The notes beneath the pieces are model-generated. The model ran no database searches. It was not told the origin of the DNA and saw only the letters and a list, made by a program, of their open reading frames with translations. Shown here in pieces: positions 57,657 to 64,000 of a stretch of 64,000 bases of DNA (position 1 is its first letter; each line of letters opens with the position of its first letter). The DNA is from Ignavibacteriota bacterium. Lineage in GTDB: Bacteria; Bacteroidota; Ignavibacteria; UBA10030; UBA6906. The stretch is from contig CAWDEM010000004.1 of the NCBI GenBank assembly GCA_963801355.1, positions 224,001 through 288,000 on the forward strand, written 5' to 3'. A program made the translations under genes and the position numbers.

Positions 57657-59381
57657 ATGCTGAAGAATCTGCTCATCAAGAACTACGCCCTCATCCAGGA
57701 GCTCAGCGTCGAGTTTTCCAGCGGCCTCATCATTATCACCGGTGAAACCGGCGCAGGCAAATCGATCATCATCGATGCGCTCGGTCTTGCCCTCGGAGAA
57801 CGGGCAAGTGCTGAGGTGGTGCGCCGCGGCAGCGATAAGGCGGTGGTGGAGGCTACATTCGACGTGGGAGACAATGCCAAAGTCCACGAACTCGTGGCCG
57901 CGCATGATCTCGATCCCGCCGACGAGCTGATCGTCCGCCGCGAAGTCTCGGCCAAGTCCCAGAGCCGCTGCTACCTCAACGATTCCCCCGTGACGCTTGC
58001 ACTGCAGAAACAGGTGGGCGAGCTGCTCGTAGACCTGCACGGGCAGCACGAACACCAATCCTTGCTGCACGTGGAGACGCATATCGGGATGCTGGACGAC
58101 TTCGGCGGACTCGGCGGAATGGTGGATGAATTTCGTGTGGCGCATGCCAGACTCCGGAAGGCTGCGGGGGAGCTGTCGGACCTCCGCCGCAGGGAACGGG
58201 AACTCCGCGAGAAGCGCGAATTCCTCCTCTTCCAGGCGGAAGAGATTGATGCCGTCAGCCCGCGGTCCGGGGAAGAAGAGGAGCTGGAAACGGAACTCCG
58301 GATTCTGGAGAACAGTGAAAAGCTGTTCAGCGCGACGGCGGATCTGTACGCACAGCTCTATGAAGGTGAGCGCGCCGTCCGCGATCTCCTTGTCGTCGCC
58401 AGGAACCAGTTCCATGCGCTTGCCGAGATCGATTCGCGCTTCGCCGATGCCGCCCGCGAATGTTCATCAGCCGAGGCTATTGTCAATGAACTGGCGAAAT
58501 TCGTCCAGGGGTACAATGCCAGGGTGGAATTCGCTCCCGAGAGGCTCGAACAACTGCGCGAGCGGCTGGGCCGGCTGGCATTTCTCAAGAAGAAGTACGG
58601 CGGCGCGCTGGATGGTGTGATCGCCCACCGGCAGAAATTGGGTGAAGAACTGTCGCTTGCCGACAACTTTGACCGGATCATCGCGCGCCTGGAGCAGGAC
58701 GTCGAACAGGCACGCCAGGAGTGTGCCGCCATTGCCGACCGGCTCTCATCCAAACGGCACGATGTCGCACGGAAGATTGACAAGGCGATCGTGCTGGAAC
58801 TGGCGAAGCTCGGGATCGCCCAGGCCCGGTTCAGTACGCGAATACAGCAGGAGCAGGTCGCCGGCAGCGGCGAGGATGGCGCTCCACCCGCTGATGCCGT
58901 CCGGCGGGGAAAGGCAATGGTCGCGCTGACCCCGCGCGGGTACGACAAGGTGGAATTCTATCTCTCCACGAATGTCGGGGAAGAAGAAAAGCCCCTCACG
59001 CGCATTGCTTCGGGTGGCGAGGTTTCCCGCATCATGCTTGCCCTCAAGAGCATCCTGGCCAAAACCGACCGTCTTCCGGTGCTCATTTTTGACGAAATCG
59101 ATGTCGGCGTGAGCGGACGCATCGCGCAAGCCGTGGGTGCCAGTCTGAAGAACCTCGCGGGGTTTCACCAGGTCATCGCGATCACGCACCTCCCGCAGAT
59201 TGCGGGTTTTGCTGACGCGCACTTCGCGGTCAGTAAGACCGAACAGAACAACCGCGCTGTCACAACGCTGCAACGCCTGACGCTCGATGAGCAGGTGCGC
59301 GAAGTGGCGCGCCTGATGAGCGGTGCTGAAGTAACTGAAGCCGGTCTGGCCGGCGCACGTGAACTTATGGGACTCCCCTGA
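57657..59381 (+). CDS. recN: DNA repair protein RecN
   Basis: TGETGAGKS, HGQHEHQ, ASGGEVSR, FDEIDVG, ITHLPQIA. Confidence 0.98.
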   Translation: MLKNLLIKNYALIQELSVEFSSGLIIITGETGAGKSIIIDALGLALGERASAEVVRRGSDKAVVEATFDVGDNAKVHELVAAHDLDPADELIVRREVSAKSQSRCYLNDSPVTLALQKQVGELLVDLHGQHEHQSLLHVETHIGMLDDFGGLGGMVDEFRVAHARLRKAAGELSDLRRRERELREKREFLLFQAEEIDAVSPRSGEEEELETELRILENSEKLFSATADLYAQLYEGERAVRDLLVVARNQFHALAEIDSRFADAARECSSAEAIVNELAKFVQGYNARVEFAPERLEQLRERLGRLAFLKKKYGGALDGVIAHRQKLGEELSLADNFDRIIARLEQDVEQARQECAAIADRLSSKRHDVARKIDKAIVLELAKLGIAQARFSTRIQQEQVAGSGEDGAPPADAVRRGKAMVALTPRGYDKVEFYLSTNVGEEEKPLTRIASGGEVSRIMLALKSILAKTDRLPVLIFDEIDVGVSGRIAQAVGASLKNLAGFHQVIAITHLPQIAGFADAHFAVSKTEQNNRAVTTLQRLTLDEQVREVARLMSGAEVTEAGLAGARELMGLP

Positions 59382-60838
59382 TGCCACTTGTCCTGTACAA
59401 TACCCTGTCGCGCTCGAAAGAAGAATTCCGGCCCCTGGATCCGAACCTGGTGAGGATGTACGTCTGCGGGCCGACGGTGTACGGCCCTCCACACCTCGGC
59501 CACGCGAAAAGCTATGTGTCATTTGATGTCATCCTGCGGTATCTCAGATATCTTCAGTACCGCGTCCTCTATGTGCAGAATATCACCGACGTCGGGCACC
59601 TCACGGACGATGCCGATGAGGGAGAAGACAAACTCGTACGGCAGTCCCGGCTCGAACGCGTGCACCCCATGCAGGTGGCGGAGTTGTACACCCGCCTGTT
59701 CTACGAAGACATGGATGCCTTGAACGTCATCCGCCCGGATATCGCTCCCCGCGCATCGGGCCATATCACGGAACAGATTACGCTTGCGGAAACCCTCGTG
59801 GCACGTGGGCTCGCGTACGAAACCAACGGCTCGGTGTACTTCGATGTCCCCCGCTATGTCGCGTACGGCAAGCTGTCTCACCGGACGCTCGAGGAGATGA
59901 ACGCGGGAACGCGGGTCGAGGTTAAGGCAGAGAAACGGCATCCGGCCGACTTTGCACTCTGGAAGCGGGCGGAACCCGGGCATATCATGCGCTGGCCAAG
60001 TCCGTGGGGCGAAGGCTTTCCCGGCTGGCACCTGGAATGCTCCGCAATGTCGATGAAGTACCTCGGCGTATCCTTTGACATCCATGGTGGGGGGCTCGAC
60101 AATCAGTTCCCGCATCACGAATGTGAAATCGCACAGAGTGAGGGCGCAACCGGACAACCTTTCGTGAAATACTGGCTCCACAATAATCTGGTGACCGTTG
60201 ATGGGAAGAAAATGGGGAAGTCGCTGGGGAATTTCATCACGTTGAAAGATGCATTCGCCAAGTGGACTCCCGGGGTGGTACGATTCTTTATCCTGCAGAG
60301 CCACTACCGCAGCACTCTGGACTTCAGCGCTGACACACTGGAGGGAGCGGGGAAGGGCCTCGAAAAACTCATCAACACGGTCCGGAATGTGCGGCATGCA
60401 GATTCCACAGACACTCCCGGACCGCCGTCCGGCATCGATCTGGCAAAGCATCACCTGGCATTCACCGATGCCATGAACGATGATTTCAACAGTCCCCTGG
60501 CGATTGCCGGTCTCTTTGATCTGAGCCGCGAGGTGAACCAGGCGCTGGCACGCGGAACTCCGCTGGCCCGGGAGGAACTGCAGGCGATCGAGGCATTCTA
60601 TGTCCAGCATGCCGGTGAAGTGCTGGGCCTGGATCTCTGGACCCGCGAGGTACAGACTGCTCCGGAGTCGATTGAGCCCGGGCTTATCGCCCTTTGTATC
60701 TCTCTGCGCGCCGAGCTCCGCCGTGAGAAACTCTGGGCGCTCTCAGACAGAATCCGGGATGGTCTGCTCGCAATGGGGATTGTCCTCGAAGACAAGAAAG
60801 AAGAAACGACGTGGAAGCGCATGCGTGCAGGCGAATAG
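59381..60838 (+). CDS. cysS: Cysteine-tRNA ligase
   Basis: [36 protein letters not shown]. Confidence 0.98.
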   Translation: MPLVLYNTLSRSKEEFRPLDPNLVRMYVCGPTVYGPPHLGHAKSYVSFDVILRYLRYLQYRVLYVQNITDVGHLTDDADEGEDKLVRQSRLERVHPMQVAELYTRLFYEDMDALNVIRPDIAPRASGHITEQITLAETLVARGLAYETNGSVYFDVPRYVAYGKLSHRTLEEMNAGTRVEVKAEKRHPADFALWKRAEPGHIMRWPSPWGEGFPGWHLECSAMSMKYLGVSFDIHGGGLDNQFPHHECEIAQSEGATGQPFVKYWLHNNLVTVDGKKMGKSLGNFITLKDAFAKWTPGVVRFFILQSHYRSTLDFSADTLEGAGKGLEKLINTVRNVRHADSTDTPGPPSGIDLAKHHLAFTDAMNDDFNSPLAIAGLFDLSREVNQALARGTPLAREELQAIEAFYVQHAGEVLGLDLWTREVQTAPESIEPGLIALCISLRAELRREKLWALSDRIRDGLLAMGIVLEDKKEETTWKRMRAGE

Positions 60839-61602
60839 AATGCGTCCTGTGGACCGTTGTGCTGTTGCTCTGCGGCCTTCGGATGGCTGTGGGACAGGGT
60901 TCGGCCGGCACGGACGGACGGCTGGAACCGAGATTTCTTGTCGATATGCCGACAGCCGGCATGCCGGACAAGAGCACGCTTGTGCTGGACGTCGATTTTT
61001 ACCGTGAAGGCGGTCTGCTCTTCGGCATCAGCGTAGGAGTTTTCGACCGGCTCAGCCTGGGTCTCTCCTACGGCGGTTCACGGATCATCGGTTCCGGCTC
61101 GCCGACAATGCATCCCCTCCCCGGCGTGAACCTTCGTCTTCGCATCGTTGAGGAGGGACCACTGTTCCCCGCACTTACCCTGGGTTTCGATTCGCAGGGG
61201 AAGGACGGCTATCTGAAAGAGCTGGATCGCTACCGTGTCAAATCTCCCGGACTGTTCGTCGCGGCGAGCAAGAACTATTCGTTTCTTGGTTACCTGAGTA
61301 TTCACGGGGGAGCAAACTACAGTCTTGAACGCGCCGATGGTGACCGTGATGTGAATGTCTACACGGGCGTCGAAAAGACACTCGGTCCGGTACTCTCGGC
61401 TGTACTGGAGTACAATTTCGGGACAAATGACAACAGTGCAGAGGCTGTCGGAAAGGGGTGGGGATATATCAATGCTGCAATCAGGCTGATGCTGGGGAGC
61501 GGGCTGACTGTCAGTTTCAACCTCAAAGATATCGTCAAGAACGGTCCCGAGGTCATCGTGGCCAACCGGACCATTTCTCTCGAGTATGCACGGGCCTTCT
61601 GA
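60811..61602 (+). CDS. Exported beta-barrel protein (YjbH-like)
   Basis: Signal peptide, VDMPTAG, amphipathic strands, C-terminal Phe (YARAF); start uncertain. Confidence 0.6.
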   Translation: MEAHACRRIECVLWTVVLLLCGLRMAVGQGSAGTDGRLEPRFLVDMPTAGMPDKSTLVLDVDFYREGGLLFGISVGVFDRLSLGLSYGGSRIIGSGSPTMHPLPGVNLRLRIVEEGPLFPALTLGFDSQGKDGYLKELDRYRVKSPGLFVAASKNYSFLGYLSIHGGANYSLERADGDRDVNVYTGVEKTLGPVLSAVLEYNFGTNDNSAEAVGKGWGYINAAIRLMLGSGLTVSFNLKDIVKNGPEVIVANRTISLEYARAF

Positions 61603-61640
61603 ACGGAACTGTTGCTTTTCGTGGACTCCGAGGCTCTGAA

Positions 61641-61658
61641 TGTCTCAAAATCGATACA
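61641..61658. promoter_or_regulatory. Candidate enhancer (bEBP upstream activating sequence)
   Basis: TGTCTC-AAAATC-GATACA: imperfect dyad of TGT-N12-ACA form, about 50 bp upstream of the -24 element. Confidence 0.45.
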
Positions 61659-61708
61659 ATGACCCAGTGAAAACGACCCAAAGCACGGCATTTTGATAAG
61701 AAACCGTG

Positions 61709-61724
61709 TGGCATCATTATTGCA
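61709..61724 (+). promoter_or_regulatory. sigma54 (-24/-12) promoter
   Basis: TGGCATCATTATTGCA = GG-N10-GC consensus, followed by AGGAGG RBS and ATG 61755. Confidence 0.75.
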
Positions 61725-61754
61725 ATTTGAAGGCACAGAGTAGGAGGAACGATC

Positions 61755-62684
61755 ATGAAATCACGTCATACAACCTGGATGTTCATCGGTGCGGTTGGAG
61801 TCATTGCTCTCCTGGTAAGCGGATGTTACACGCAATTCGGGCCCACGAGGGACGAGGCTGTTGTCCGCTATGAAGATCAGGACGAGTATACGGAAGACGA
61901 CTCGGTTGCATACACCGAGGACTATGATAACTCGCGCCAACGTTTCTATGATGAGCAGTACTATCCGGGTTATGCGTTTGGCTTTGGATTTTACGATCCA
62001 TGGTCATGGCGCTCCCGGGCATGGTACGGCTATAGTTCATACTGGTATGATCCGTACTGGGGATGGTGCGGCACGGGCTACCCTTATTATTCGGCATGGT
62101 GGTCAAGCCCGATCCATGGATACAATCCATCCTGGTATTACGGGTCTGCGTACCGGGGCGGGATCGGGTACGCAACCAGGGCCGGGAATGCACACGGTTC
62201 GACCCGCTCCTTCGGTTCAACCCGCTCATCCGGCCAGGTCCGGGGAGCGAGTGGTTACACACCGGGTGGAAGCAGGAGCGGTGGAACCGGGACTGCCCCT
62301 TCAGCGGGCACGTACCAGGCAAAGCCCCGTGCGGTAAATCCCGGGAGCGGAAAGTCGGCGGATCGTCCGGCGCGTGTCACATCGCCCGGCAGCACACGTG
62401 GCAGCTCGCGTGAAGCGACGCGAAGCGATGTGCCGAGATCTGCCCCCCGTCCTAATAGCGGCGGACGGGAATCAGCACGAGGAGCCCGTACGTACTCGCC
62501 GCCCCCGTCATCGTCGGGAAACAGCGGTGGGTCTTCGGGCAGCCGTGACAGCAATCGAGGAGAACGGTCGGGTGGTTCATATTCTCCGCCCGCGTCTTCA
62601 CCTGCTCCTTCTTCGCCACCGCCGTCAAGCGGCGGGAGCAGTGCACCGACGAACACCGGTGACCGTGGTGGGAGCAGACGTTGA
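61755..62684 (+). CDS. Lipoprotein with Tyr/Trp-rich and Ser/Gly/Pro/Arg low-complexity regions
   Basis: LLVSGC lipobox, acidic patch, YxxW/YDPW-rich segment, disordered C-terminal half. Confidence 0.8.
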   Translation: MKSRHTTWMFIGAVGVIALLVSGCYTQFGPTRDEAVVRYEDQDEYTEDDSVAYTEDYDNSRQRFYDEQYYPGYAFGFGFYDPWSWRSRAWYGYSSYWYDPYWGWCGTGYPYYSAWWSSPIHGYNPSWYYGSAYRGGIGYATRAGNAHGSTRSFGSTRSSGQVRGASGYTPGGSRSGGTGTAPSAGTYQAKPRAVNPGSGKSADRPARVTSPGSTRGSSREATRSDVPRSAPRPNSGGRESARGARTYSPPPSSSGNSGGSSGSRDSNRGERSGGSYSPPASSPAPSSPPPSSGGSSAPTNTGDRGGSRR

Positions 62685-62702
62685 TTTTGCACAGAGGAGA
62701 CC

Positions 62703-64000
62703 ATGAAACGTACATTTGGTAACGTCATCGCATACGCAGCGGTTCTTGCGCTGACAGCGGTACAGGCTTTCGGACAATATCCTGAAGATGCATTACGGCT
62801 CGGTCTGCCAGGCACAGGTGTGGGAAGCCGGTCGCTCGGCATGGGGAATGCCTATACCGGGGTCGCGAACGACTTCAGCGCGATATACTGGAACCCCGCG
62901 GGTCTCGCCCAGCTTCAGTTCAGCGAGTTCTCCCTCGGGCTTTCCTACCACAACAATGCGGACATCAGCACGTTTTTCAATATGCAGGAAAAGTACAACA
63001 GCACCTCCACCAATCTCAATGGACTCGGTCTTGTGTACAAAATTCCCACAAACCGGGGCAGCATGGTGCTGGCCTTCGGGTACGACCGTCAGAATAATTT
63101 CGCCAGCGGAATGTCGTTTACCGGATTCAACCCCGGCAGCAGCATCATTCAGTCCTATGCCCGCAACGGCTCGTTCTATCCATCGGACCTGTCGGATAAC
63201 ATCGCGTATCAACTGTACCTGGCTGACATTGATACGGTCACGGGGCGATTCACGAGTCCGATTACCGGCAGGGTGACACAAATCGCCAAGGTTGTGGAGG
63301 GCGGCGGGCTCAACAACTGGTCGATGGGTGGAGGGGTGGATATTGCCAAGGATCTGAGTCTCGGCGTGACGCTCACATACCTCTCCGGCACGTACCGGTA
63401 TGACCGGAACTTCACAGAGGAAGATCGTGGCCACAATTGGGACGCCTACCCGTACGATTTCAATCGTTTGAGCGTCGATGAGTTCATTGAAGGTGACATC
63501 AGCGGCGGTAACGCAAAGTTCGGGTTGCTCTACAGGATTCCTGACCGATTCCGGCTCGGCGTTGCAGCAAAGACGCCGACATCGTTCACCGTCAAAGAAA
63601 CTTTCGGCATCGCCGCGACCAGCGTGTTTGACAACGGCGATAGTTATCCCAAGGATGCGCCGTTCAAGACACACGGGAGCGGTGAATATGACGTGGTCAC
63701 GCCATGGGAATTCAGTGCCGGCGTTTCGGTGGTCTTGAGTGATCTGCTGGTCTCGGCGGATTTCGATTATACCGATTGGACGGAGCTGAAGTTTGAAAAC
63801 GCCAATGCCGACGTGATGGACCAGAACAGAGACATGAAGACCATCTTCCGTGGCGCGTCGAACTACCGGGTCGGGCTCGAATACGACCTTGCAAAGATCG
63901 GCGTCCGCTTGCGGGGTGGATTCATGTACTTTTCCTCCCCGTATGCAAATGACCCGTTGACATATGATCAAAAATACGTTACAGGGGGAATCGGATTCCT
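62703..64000 (+). CDS. OmpP1/FadL-family outer-membrane transporter (partial, runs off window end)
   Basis: Hand translation: MKRTFGNVIAYAAVLALTAVQAFGQYPEDALRL...GSRSLGMGNAYTGVANDFSAIYWNPAGLA; GAGGAG RBS; not in the ORF track because it lacks a stop. Confidence 0.85.
   Translation, partial: MKRTFGNVIAYAAVLALTAVQAFGQYPEDALRLGLPGTGVGSRSLGMGNAYTGVANDFSAIYWNPAGLAQLQFSEFSLGLSYHNNADISTFFNMQEKYNSTSTNLNGLGLVYKIPTNRGSMVLAFGYDRQNNFASGMSFTGFNPGSSIIQSYARNGSFYPSDLSDNIAYQLYLADIDTVTGRFTSPITGRVTQIAKVVEGGGLNNWSMGGGVDIAKDLSLGVTLTYLSGTYRYDRNFTEEDRGHNWDAYPYDFNRLSVDEFIEGDISGGNAKFGLLYRIPDRFRLGVAAKTPTSFTVKETFGIAATSVFDNGDSYPKDAPFKTHGSGEYDVVTPWEFSAGVSVVLSDLLVSADFDYTDWTELKFENANADVMDQNRDMKTIFRGASNYRVGLEYDLAKIGVRLRGGFMYFSSPYANDPLTYDQKYVTGGIGF

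Noticed and set aside
62400-62684. Repetitive sequence as a tandem repeat or CRISPR array
   Set aside because: It is low-complexity protein coding with no fixed-length repeat-spacer structure.

Overview
This is a roughly 60% GC, gene-dense chromosomal segment, mostly core housekeeping genes. Gene order suggests an Ignavibacteria/Chlorobi-like member of the FCB group (inference, not a database result). The supporting order is yggS-divIVA-punA-ileS-dksA-lspA-rluD, a split atpZIBEFHAG operon lacking atpDC, and ffh-rpsP-khpA-rimM-trmD-rplS-mqnA-recN-cysS. A minus-strand accessory block at about 19.5-30 kb holds dNK, btuF, two tiny basic proteins, MgtE, a K+/H+ antiporter and cydAB. I saw no rRNA, tRNA, CRISPR array, transposase, integrase or prophage. 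No single unmistakable novel multi-gene system stands out. The best leads are: (1) a perfect 16-bp palindrome inside the leaderless recN promoter, a candidate lineage-specific SOS operator; (2) an ECF sigma with no adjacent anti-sigma, followed by a gene with its own TGTAAC-N17-CGTA promoter, converging on a catalytically dead TPR-CHAT lipoprotein; (3) a sigma54 promoter plus enhancer driving a Tyr/Trp-rich low-complexity lipoprotein and a FadL-like barrel; (4) repeated leaderless promoter architecture; (5) an M23 peptidase-bactofilin pair heading the ATP synthase operon; (6) several enzymes with altered catalytic motifs; (7) an uncalled 59-aa basic HTH protein. All calls come from reading motifs by eye; no searches were run.
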